Source: a virus. From it: a stretch of 49,779 bases of DNA. Below the pieces are notes generated by a model. It did no database searches and had not been told where the DNA came from. It saw nothing but the letters and a program-made list of their open reading frames with translations. Below are positions 31,621 through 39,328 of the stretch, one piece after another (within the stretch, counting starts at the first letter, position 1; each line of letters begins with the position of its first letter). The stretch spans positions 1-49,779 of the IMG/VR virus record IMGVR_UViG_3300047178_000244; one strand, written 5' to 3'. The position numbers and the translations under genes are program-made.

Positions 31621-32477
31621 TGACCCCGTCCATCATCGCCATCCACGGCCGCGCCGGGGCAGGCAAGGGCGTCATCTCAGGTCACCTCGTCGAGCGGCAC
31701 GGCTACACGGCCGTGAAGGTCGCCGCCCCGATAAAAGCCATGATGCGGGCAGCTCTCATGTATGGCGCCGGGCTCTACGGCGATGACCCGGACCTGGACC
31801 GCTGCATCGAGGGCGACCTCAAGGAGGTTCCCGTCCCGCGACTAGGCGGACACACCCCGCGCTACGCTATGCAGATTCTCGGCACCGAGTTCCAGGACGC
31901 GGTCTGCCGCGGAATATTTGCGCGCATCGCGGCGGAGGCGACCCGCAAGGTTGTCGCCGCTGGCGGCCGAGCCGTCGTGGACGACCTGAGGTTCCCGGTG
32001 GAGGTCCGCCACCTGAGGGAGCAGGGCGCCGCGTTCTGGCGCGTTGACCGCTCCGACGTCCAGGAGCTCGCCGCAGGTCGCTGCCGCCGCTCCACCCCTT
32101 GGGACCCGTCCGAGCCGCCGCGCGTGCCCGATCAGGTTGTGGTAGACCACATGGTCTGGGCGCTTCTCATGAGCTGCGGTCTGGACGACAAGGAAGCCCT
32201 GCAGAGGGCTGTGGGATACCGCGGCGACGAGCCCTGGGCATACATCGGCAAGTCGGCGAACGTGTGCCGCTACGCCTTGTCGGCAATCTGGCTCGAACGG
32301 CTGCGGCGACCGGCTCCGGCCGTCACGCACGCCTCGGAGCGCGGGCTGCCCGCTAAGACGTTCGACGTCGTTCTCGTGAACAAGGGGACCACCCACGACC
32401 TGCGCCGTGAGGTTGAGTGCGCCCTTCAGAGGTCGCCGCAGCCTTACTACGGCATCGCGGACAGGAGGGCGGCATGA
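31620..32477 (+). CDS. Island gene D: P-loop dNMP-kinase-like protein with a ~90-aa insertion
   Basis: The Walker A is IHGRAGAGKGV. APIKAMM, RYAMQILGTEF and VVDDLRFPVEVRHLREQGAAFWRVDR ... THASERGL ... FDVVLVNKGT match the phage deoxynucleoside-monophosphate kinase pattern. The start overlaps gene C's stop (TGATG). Confidence 0.65.
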   Translation: MTPSIIAIHGRAGAGKGVISGHLVERHGYTAVKVAAPIKAMMRAALMYGAGLYGDDPDLDRCIEGDLKEVPVPRLGGHTPRYAMQILGTEFQDAVCRGIFARIAAEATRKVVAAGGRAVVDDLRFPVEVRHLREQGAAFWRVDRSDVQELAAGRCRRSTPWDPSEPPRVPDQVVVDHMVWALLMSCGLDDKEALQRAVGYRGDEPWAYIGKSANVCRYALSAIWLERLRRPAPAVTHASERGLPAKTFDVVLVNKGTTHDLRREVECALQRSPQPYYGIADRRAA

Positions 32478-32671
32478 CTTGCTACGCCCCCGTCGCCCGC
32501 CGCCCGCACTCCGACGCGGCCGACGAGAACCTGGACCACTGGCCTTATCCGGCGTCCCTGGACATCTACGAGGCCGACCGACGCCCGGTGGACACTGGCC
32601 TCCTGGACGGTCACGGAACGCCCATATACCGGCTGCCCGAGCAGCGCCGCATCGGGTTCCGCCCCCTATAA
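32474..32671 (+). CDS. Island gene E: hypothetical 65-aa protein
   Basis: AGGAGGG RBS. ATGA overlap with gene D. Confidence 0.5.
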   Translation: MTCYAPVARRPHSDAADENLDHWPYPASLDIYEADRRPVDTGLLDGHGTPIYRLPEQRRIGFRPL

Positions 32672-32683
32672 AAAGGACGGACC

Positions 32684-33007
32684 ATGGGACAGCTGGTGAC
32701 CGTGGGGGCGCCCACCTTGGAGGACGATGGTCACGCCTTCCACGGCATGCGGGGCATCGTCGCGGGCATCGGCGACCGTCTGGTGGGCCTCGTCCACGTT
32801 CGGACCGGGACCCTGTCGTTGCTGCTGCCCGTCAAGCAAATAGTCGCATCGGTTGGGTGCCGACACAGGGCCGGTCGGGTGGACACGCGGAATTATTCTG
32901 CCGACGAAGTCATCCGCAGGGTGGAAGCCGATATCGTCACGGGAAGCGCATCCAGGAGATCGTCCGACAGGATGGTGCAGGCCATGCTCAGGGCCCGCGA
33001 AGCCTGA
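32684..33007 (+). CDS. Island gene F: hypothetical 107-aa protein
   Basis: AAGGA lies upstream of ATG 32684. It is the last gene before the shared terminator. Confidence 0.5.
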   Translation: MGQLVTVGAPTLEDDGHAFHGMRGIVAGIGDRLVGLVHVRTGTLSLLLPVKQIVASVGCRHRAGRVDTRNYSADEVIRRVEADIVTGSASRRSSDRMVQAMLRAREA

Positions 33008-33034
33008 AACCACCGCGTGCCACCAACCACCGAC

Positions 33035-33064
33035 GCCCGCTTCCACCTGGAGGCGGGCCTTTTT
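33035..33064 (+). terminator. Rho-independent terminator closing the island (abuts the terL stop codon)
   Basis: GCCCGC-12 nt-GCGGGC followed by CTTTTT. On the minus strand no U tract follows the hairpin. Confidence 0.7.
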
Positions 33065-35133
33065 CATGCCATCCGCCGCACCAGGGCCCGCAACCGCTCC
33101 TGCCGGGTCATCTGCTTCGACGCGGGCGCCGCAGCCGGTGGCTTGGACTGCGCGGGAGTGGCGGCGGCCGGTGCCGGGACATGGGCGGCCTGGGGCTCGG
33201 GGGCGTCCGGGAGCGGCGCGACGTCGTCGGGCGGCTCGGGTGCGGGCCGTGCCGGTTCGCCGGGCGCCGGGCAGACGTGGGCGGCGAGCTGGTTGAGCTT
33301 CAGGCCGTAGAAGGCGAGCCCGCACAGCGCGGCGTAGGCGTAAACCCGGATGTCGAGGGCTTCGTTGGCACGCCCGGAACGCTGTTCCCACACCCGCACC
33401 TTCACGCCGCGGACCGTCTTCTCGACCAGGGACTCGGCGAGGAGCTGGGAGAAATAGCCGAGGTCGCGTTCCGCCGGGAAGTGCATGTAGCCCGGTGCCG
33501 GGCCGCCGTCCTCCGGCCGTTCCTGGGCGAGCCGGGACCGGATGATGTCCTTGGCGGCGTTCACGCCGATGGTGATCGGGCGGTAGCTCGCCTTCGCCCG
33601 CGACGTCGGCCTCTTCGTGGGCCACACGGGGCTGCGCGCGCCGCCGATGGCCGGATCGCCCCTGATGGCCCACCACTTCCGCGCGAGGTTGGCCCGGGAG
33701 AAGTTGTAGATCGCCTGGGTGCGGCGGCCGCCGGAGTCGAGGCACGCGGCCACAACCTTGAACTCGACGCCGTCCGCCCGCTTCCACTTCCTCTTCAGGA
33801 ACTCGGCCAGCTTCTCCATGGTCTCCGGATCGTCCGGGTCGCCGTCGATGACCTCGTGCGCGATGCTCCACGACTCTTCGTTCGCCCCCCAGCCGACGAC
33901 CTCGACCTCAAGCCGAGCCTGATGGGTGTCCACGCCCGCCGTCAGGATCGCGACGCCGTCGGGCACCTCCGCGTTCCAGACCTCCGTGCGCGCAGCCAGC
34001 TTGTTTTCCGACAGGTCCTGCTCGCCGCGGTCCTCGAAGGTCTCGCCCAAGACGAGGTTCACGAACGTCTGCAAGGCCAGCGGATCGCTCTTGGCTTCCA
34101 GGAACTCGGCGACGAGCTTCGGCCAAGCGGCGTTGACCATAAGGCTCATGCCCGACCACAGGTGAAACCCCGCCAGCCCCGGCGCCTTGGCCTTCTTCGT
34201 AGGCCGCCAGACGCCGCGGGCATCCATCCACGGCAGATCCACCCACTCGATGCGGCAGCCCTTGCCCTCGCAAACGTAATGGGCGGTCTCGGGCAAGTGC
34301 GTGCCGTCCTCGGCCTTCTCCCACTTGATGCCGTGCGCGACGTCGGCCCCGCCCCACTTTAGGTATTGCTCGGTCTTGCAGTGCGGGCACGGGACGAAGA
34401 ACCGCCGCTGGTCGGTGTCCTTCCAGGCCTTGTCGATGCGGGAGATGGCCGATTTCGTAGGGGTGGACCCCAGCACCATGCGCCGGTTCCAGAAGGTCTC
34501 GCCACGCTTCCACGCCAGCCCGACTTGATCGCCGTCCGCCCCGGCGCCGCCAACGTGATAGCCGTCCACTTCGTCGAGCAGCATGATCCGGCAGGTTATG
34601 CCGCGGAAGCCGTCCGGGGAGTTTGACCCGATGAGCCGCAGCGAGCTGCCGTTCAGGAAGCTCTTTTTCGTAATCGTCTGCGCGGTGTCGCGGGCCCTGG
34701 CCGGGGGGCACAGTTCGGCGAGGACCGGCGTATCCCGCAGCATCGGGGCGATTTCCGACTTGCTGTAGTCCTCGGCGTCCTCGCCGCGCGGCCGGACCAC
34801 GAGGATGGGCGCCGGGTCCTGATGGATGTAGTAGCCGATGGCGTGGTCCAGCACCCGGGTGAAGCCGACGCGGGCGCTCTTCTTGACGATGATCCTGTCC
34901 AGGGTCGGGTCGGTGATCGCGTCCATCAGGCCGACCTGGTAGCCGTAAGCCGTGAAGGCGCCCGTCTGGGAGTTGGTCTCACGGCTGAGGACCGCATGCT
35001 CCTTGGCCCACTCGCTCAGGGTCAGCTTGGGAGGCGGCCGTAGGTTCAGCACCCGTGCGTTAGCCAGGGCAAAGCGCAGCGCCTCCAGGCCATCGGCATA
35101 GCGTTCGGCGGGGATGTCAGGCCGCTGGCGCAT
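33064..35133 (-). CDS. terL: Terminase large subunit, lambda gpA family
   Basis: 689 aa. The Walker-A-like segment is IIVKKSARVGFTRVLDHAIGYY. The C-terminal nuclease region is typical of Terminase_GpA. It overlaps the small-subunit gene. Confidence 0.95.
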   Translation of the reverse strand: MRQRPDIPAERYADGLEALRFALANARVLNLRPPPKLTLSEWAKEHAVLSRETNSQTGAFTAYGYQVGLMDAITDPTLDRIIVKKSARVGFTRVLDHAIGYYIHQDPAPILVVRPRGEDAEDYSKSEIAPMLRDTPVLAELCPPARARDTAQTITKKSFLNGSSLRLIGSNSPDGFRGITCRIMLLDEVDGYHVGGAGADGDQVGLAWKRGETFWNRRMVLGSTPTKSAISRIDKAWKDTDQRRFFVPCPHCKTEQYLKWGGADVAHGIKWEKAEDGTHLPETAHYVCEGKGCRIEWVDLPWMDARGVWRPTKKAKAPGLAGFHLWSGMSLMVNAAWPKLVAEFLEAKSDPLALQTFVNLVLGETFEDRGEQDLSENKLAARTEVWNAEVPDGVAILTAGVDTHQARLEVEVVGWGANEESWSIAHEVIDGDPDDPETMEKLAEFLKRKWKRADGVEFKVVAACLDSGGRRTQAIYNFSRANLARKWWAIRGDPAIGGARSPVWPTKRPTSRAKASYRPITIGVNAAKDIIRSRLAQERPEDGGPAPGYMHFPAERDLGYFSQLLAESLVEKTVRGVKVRVWEQRSGRANEALDIRVYAYAALCGLAFYGLKLNQLAAHVCPAPGEPARPAPEPPDDVAPLPDAPEPQAAHVPAPAAATPAQSKPPAAAPASKQMTRQERLRALVRRMA

Positions 35134-35764
35134 CGGGGTCGCGGTCGCTGACGAGGGCCCTGAGGATCTTGGTGATGGCGGTCTCGAGGTAGTCCCGGAC
35201 CTCCGCAGGCGTGCGCAGCCGGGCTATCGGTTCCGCATGCTCCGCGGCGAGGGAGAGGAAGGCCGTCCGGACGGTGGCGAACTCCCGGCCGACGGAGGCT
35301 GCGACCTCGGACACGACCACCACGGCATGGCTCTCGATGTCGTAGGCCAGCCGCTCGCGAAGCGCCTTGAAGGACTCCTTGATCCTTTTGGCCTCGTCGA
35401 GCGTCCACTCCGTGCCGGTGGTGCGGAGGATTTCGGCGGCCAGGGCGTCGGCGTCGGCCGAGTTTACAGCGTCGTCGTCATCGTCCTCGTCGTAAACCTC
35501 AGGCGCCCGGTTTACGGGGCGGTTTACAGGCTCCGTGTCAGCGGATTTCCTGGGCTCCGATCCGCCCACGCGGTAGCGATCCAGCCGCTCCTTGGTCGCC
35601 GCGACGTCCACGAGACGGTCCCGGAAGACGACCTTGCCCTCGGCCTTCCACTTGGTGACGGCCATGCGGGAGACGCCCATCGCGCGGGCGAACTCGGCCT
35701 GGGTTACGAGATTTCCGATGGTCGCCCCGAGCTCGCCGCCAGCCAAATCTGTTGATTTCGGCAC
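35117..35764 (-). CDS. terS: Terminase small subunit (Nu1-like, N-terminal HTH)
   Basis: VTQAEFARAMGVSRMAVTKWKAEGKV is the HTH. It lies immediately upstream of terL and overlaps it. Confidence 0.8.
   Translation of the reverse strand: MPKSTDLAGGELGATIGNLVTQAEFARAMGVSRMAVTKWKAEGKVVFRDRLVDVAATKERLDRYRVGGSEPRKSADTEPVNRPVNRAPEVYDEDDDDDAVNSADADALAAEILRTTGTEWTLDEAKRIKESFKALRERLAYDIESHAVVVVSEVAASVGREFATVRTAFLSLAAEHAEPIARLRTPAEVRDYLETAITKILRALVSDRDPDAPAA
35554..35563 (-). promoter_or_regulatory. Late-module motif variant GGATCGGAGC (inside terS coding sequence)
   Basis: Same orientation as the other copies. It encodes GGSEP in terS. Confidence 0.25.
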
Positions 35765-35927
35765 CGACCGGACTCCGCGACTGTAAACCGAATTCCGCGA
35801 CCGTCAGCTAGACAACGTACGACCCGCGAATGACCCCCGGGGCTCGGTATGCGCCAGGAGGGACCCATCGGTCACTTGCATGCATTTTTCGCATGGCTTC
35901 CGGGAAATGGGAGAGCCCCGCGCCTAC

Positions 35928-36128
35928 TCATTCATCCTGCACCGGCCCGTCTCCGATCCGCGCAGGTTTCTGGGGCAGCATGGCGCGCCACACCGCGACG
36001 GCCGCCAGCATGTCGTCGAGTGGCACGTCGAAACGGAAACATACCGAGTTCGCCCACCTGAAGAACACAGGAATGGATACGGCATATTTTCCGTTGTCAC
36101 CCACGATGGTGGCGCGAGACAGGCTCAT
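35928..36128 (-). CDS. Hypothetical 66-aa protein (uncertain)
   Basis: AGGAG lies 10 nt upstream of ATG 36128 and composition looks protein-like. However, its 3' end contains one copy of the late-module motif. Confidence 0.4.
   Translation of the reverse strand: MSLSRATIVGDNGKYAVSIPVFFRWANSVCFRFDVPLDDMLAAVAVWRAMLPQKPARIGDGPVQDE
35949..35959 (-). promoter_or_regulatory. Late-module motif GGATCGGAGAC (copy ~185 nt upstream of terS)
   Basis: Same orientation. It lies in the 3' end of the doubtful 66-aa ORF. Confidence 0.35.
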
Positions 36129-36235
36129 TTCCGGTGCGCTCCTAATGCTTCCAGGCAGGCATTACAACCGGCGTTCCATGGGTCATGGTCATCCAATTGT
36201 GCACCTGGGTTTGGCATCGACGAAGCAGTTCGTTC

Positions 36236-36841
36236 CTACGGTCTGGCCTTCCGCATCGCCTGGGCCACGGCATCAGCAACGGCTTTCGGCAAGTGCTTCT
36301 GGACGGATTCCGCGACGCGCTTGTGGTAGCCCAGCGTGGGCTTGTAGGTGCGCTTGCGGATGAACGCGGCGAGCAGCACGAGCTTGTTCCCTGCGTTCCG
36401 CATCCAGAAACCGGCGGCGCCGTTCTCCACGCCGACGAAAGCCTGGCCGCGCTTTTTGCCCTTCATCTTCGCCAAGTAGCCCTTGGGCATGTTGCCGTAC
36501 TGGTTGAGCTTCGCTCCGATCGGCAAGACGAACGCCTTCCCGTCTGGGGTCTCCGTGCCGCCGGTCTCGAGCTTCTGAAGGTATCTCGCCTGAAGGGGGC
36601 GCACCTGCACGGTGGCGGTGAGGTCCGACTTCTTTGCCCATGTGTAAGTCATGGCCCGCGTCGTGAACGGGGTTGGTGTCTTTTTGAACATTGATGGCAA
36701 TTCGCGCGTGAGGTCCTCGGACGCGGCCTTGGCCGTCTTGGTGAGCGCCAAGGCCGTAGCGAAAGGGATTTGCTTGGCTGCGATGTCGAGTTGCTGCTGA
36801 ACCTTGCGGAGCTCGACGCCAACCTTGATTTCACCAGTCAT
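36236..36841 (-). CDS. Hypothetical phage protein (201 aa), possibly morphogenesis-related
   Basis: MTGEIKVGVELRKVQQQLDIAAKQIPFATALALTKTAKAASEDLTRELPSMF... Internal ATG of listed ORF 36236..36946. It lies upstream of the terminase genes on the same strand. Confidence 0.6.
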   Translation of the reverse strand: MTGEIKVGVELRKVQQQLDIAAKQIPFATALALTKTAKAASEDLTRELPSMFKKTPTPFTTRAMTYTWAKKSDLTATVQVRPLQARYLQKLETGGTETPDGKAFVLPIGAKLNQYGNMPKGYLAKMKGKKRGQAFVGVENGAAGFWMRNAGNKLVLLAAFIRKRTYKPTLGYHKRVAESVQKHLPKAVADAVAQAMRKARP

Positions 36842-37421
36842 CGACGCTGAATCCTTCCGCCGCGCGGCACGGGTCGCAGAGCCGATTGTGGTGTCCCGCG
36901 CTGTCGAACGGCCTCCGGCATTGCATGCACGGCCTGCGCTTGGCATCCGGGCGGAGGCGGATTTCCCTTCCCAGGCGGGCGGCCTTCTGCGCGATGGGCT
37001 CGATTTTCTGGAAGCGGGCTTTCAGCGCCTGGGGAGAACTTCGGCCCATTAGACGGTGGATTTCGTTCCAGTCCCGCATGCGGCCGCCGAGCTCGATGAG
37101 CCGCAAGTCTTCCTCTGGTGAGTAGTAGCGGCCATCTGTAGGTGCAGGTTGTCGCGCTGCCGCCGCCAGACGTTCCCGTTCCGCCGCGGCTTCCGCGCGC
37201 TCGCGCTCGACCCGGGCGGCTTCCTGCGCGGCGGCTTCACGGGCTGCACGGCGGGCATAAAGCTGTGCGCGCAGGCGCTCGGGGTTGCTGCCGGGCTTGG
37301 AGGAGTTCCGGTAGATCCAGTTGCGCTCCACCTGCGTGAGCGGCGGCGCGCGGCCGAGATCGGCGTTTGTCGGGCGTCCGCGACGTCGCGTGCCCGGCTG
37401 CTGTTCCAGGGTCGCGCTCAC
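36831..37421 (-). CDS. SANT/Myb-like DNA-binding protein with an N-terminal RRRGRPTNADLGRAPPLTQVERN motif and a C-terminal CxxC...CxxC ribbon
   Basis: SANT-like segment: YYSPEEDLRLIELGGRMRDWNEIHRLMGRSSPQALKARFQKI. Ribbon: RPCMQCRRPFDSAGHHNRLCDPCR. GTG 37421 overlaps (GTGA) the upstream stop. Confidence 0.6.
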   Translation of the reverse strand: MSATLEQQPGTRRRGRPTNADLGRAPPLTQVERNWIYRNSSKPGSNPERLRAQLYARRAAREAAAQEAARVERERAEAAAERERLAAAARQPAPTDGRYYSPEEDLRLIELGGRMRDWNEIHRLMGRSSPQALKARFQKIEPIAQKAARLGREIRLRPDAKRRPCMQCRRPFDSAGHHNRLCDPCRAAEGFSVDDW

Positions 37422-37705
37422 CGGCGGTCCTCGATGGCGATGAGGTAGGCCCGGGCGGCCGCGATGGGATCGGGTGGCGCCCCGTGACAACCGGCGCAGA
37501 AATCGATGCCGAGGTGGTCGTCGTGCCACGTCTCATCCGAGAAGCACACGACGCACCGGGTGTCGGCCGCCGGGATTGCCTCCTCCGCGATCAGGCCTTG
37601 GGCCGCCCTGACGAGGTTGGCGGCAACGGTCAGGCCGAGCGCTTCGAGCTGGTGCGCGGACGCCGCGAGGCGCTCGTACTCCACGATGAGGTCTTCGATG
37701 CTCAT
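37418..37705 (-). CDS. Hypothetical 95-aa Cys/His-containing protein
   Basis: GGGAGGGG RBS. CVVCFSDETWHDDHLGIDFCAGCHG looks like a zinc-binding motif. ATGA overlap with the upstream gene. Confidence 0.55.
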   Translation of the reverse strand: MSIEDLIVEYERLAASAHQLEALGLTVAANLVRAAQGLIAEEAIPAADTRCVVCFSDETWHDDHLGIDFCAGCHGAPPDPIAAARAYLIAIEDRR

Positions 37706-37902
37706 GATCCCCTCCCGCGGAGCACGTCGGCGACTTCGTCGCGCGGGCCGCCGCCGTTCGTTGCCCAGGCAGCGTCGAGCTTGGTGATGCCCTTGCGGGC
37801 GGCGAACTCGGCCACCATCGCACCGCACTCCTCGCGTGTCGGGAGCCGGTCACCGGACGGGAGCCGCTCGCCGCCGTAGATGAAGGTGCCGAACCTCGCC
37901 AT
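37702..37902 (-). CDS. Hypothetical 66-aa protein, first gene of the minus-strand operon
   Basis: MARFGTFIYGGERLPSGDRLPTREECGAMVAEFAARKGITKLD... Internal ATG of listed ORF 37702..38592. Confidence 0.5.
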   Translation of the reverse strand: MARFGTFIYGGERLPSGDRLPTREECGAMVAEFAARKGITKLDAAWATNGGGPRDEVADVLRGRGS

Positions 37903-38098
37903 GCGCCGCCCCCTGGTGCTCACGGAAGCGTATGCGTCGGTTTGGCAATCCCATCGCGGAATGTGCGGATAACCGCAGGAATGCGCGTCAACAGGTTGAT
38001 TGTAAACAACTCTCCTGCGTCGACTTCCTTGCTTTCTGCGACCCGCCTTCGTCACGCTCTCGTCATCAGGCCACCACCCCGGCCTTCGGAGATGCACG

Positions 38099-39328
38099 AT
38101 GAACAGCGACGCCACAGGGGTGGCAGGATTCCGCCAGGAGTCCGCCGCTTCCGTAAGAGCCGAAGCCGCCGCGCTCGGTATCTCGAAATCAACCGCCCAC
38201 CGCCGCCGCCAGACCAGCCAGGCCGAGCAGATCCGCCAGCTGCAGGAGACGGTCGCCGCCCTGGAGGCATCACGGGCCCAGCCGCAGCCTGCCCAGTCTG
38301 CCCAGCCCCCTCGCCCGCGCCCGGCCTTCGGCTTGCGCCCCGTCGCCCTGCCGAAAGCAGTCGTGGCCGCCCGGGTGGCCCCTGCCCCGGTTTCCCTGCC
38401 GGTGGCGCGCCAGCCCGAACCAGAGCCCGAGATCCAGATGCCTGTGGCCGAGCCGTTGGTGCAGACGGTCATCCGGTCCGAGGGGCGCCGCCGCCTCGTG
38501 GGCCGGGAAGCGTCGAGCGTGGTCCGGAAGGTGCTGGTGATTACTGACACGCATTGCCGCCCCGAGACCCTGCCGAGGGTGCGCCGGGTCATGAAGATGA
38601 TCGGGCTCTATGCCGCGGTCCTTCAGCCCGACGATGTCGTCCACGGCGGCGACGGAAACGATAACGAGAGCGTGTGCCCGCACATCGGAAACGGAACGCT
38701 GCGCGGGCGCCGGAAGCCGTCCATCCAGAAATGCTTCGGGGCTTTCCGGGATGCGATGAAGACGCTGACCGACACCCTCGACGAGGGCGGCGTCACCAAG
38801 CGGCGGCACTACTGTTACGGAAATCACGACGTGTGGCCTGCCGAGTTCGAGGACGAGCATCCTGAGCTCGAGGGCATCATAACCGGGCTCTACTCGTCTA
38901 TCTTCCGCGACATGGGCTGGACGACGTCGGCCTACGGCGAGCGGTTCTATCTCGGCGGCGTCGCCTACACGCACGCGGTGCTCAGCAAGAAGAGCCAGGC
39001 GGTTAGCGGACTAGACACTGAGAAGATGATCGGCCGCGACGCGGACTGCGACATGGTCGTGGGACACACCCACCAGCAGGCCGACATCACCCGCGACAAC
39101 CGGCACGGCAAGCGCGTCCGCATCGTCAACGCGGGCAGCTCCATGCCCCAGGATTGGGTTCCCGACTGGGCCGAGTACACGCAGGCGGCCGAGATCGACT
39201 ACGGGGTCCGAGTGGTCCTCGACTGCGACGGGCACATCAGGAGCACGCGCTGGATCACCATGGCCCAGCTCGAGGAGCGCTACGGCGCCGAGGCGGACCG
39301 AATCCTTGCCGAGGGAGGCGTGCGATGA
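38099..39328 (+). CDS. HTH-domain / proline-rich linker / calcineurin-like metallophosphoesterase fusion
   Basis: The N-terminal resolvase-type HTH is AAALGISKSTAHRRRQ. Phosphoesterase motifs are ITDTHCRP, HGGDGNDNE, YGNHDVW and VVGHTHQQ. Confidence 0.8.
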   Translation: MNSDATGVAGFRQESAASVRAEAAALGISKSTAHRRRQTSQAEQIRQLQETVAALEASRAQPQPAQSAQPPRPRPAFGLRPVALPKAVVAARVAPAPVSLPVARQPEPEPEIQMPVAEPLVQTVIRSEGRRRLVGREASSVVRKVLVITDTHCRPETLPRVRRVMKMIGLYAAVLQPDDVVHGGDGNDNESVCPHIGNGTLRGRRKPSIQKCFGAFRDAMKTLTDTLDEGGVTKRRHYCYGNHDVWPAEFEDEHPELEGIITGLYSSIFRDMGWTTSAYGERFYLGGVAYTHAVLSKKSQAVSGLDTEKMIGRDADCDMVVGHTHQQADITRDNRHGKRVRIVNAGSSMPQDWVPDWAEYTQAAEIDYGVRVVLDCDGHIRSTRWITMAQLEERYGAEADRILAEGGVR

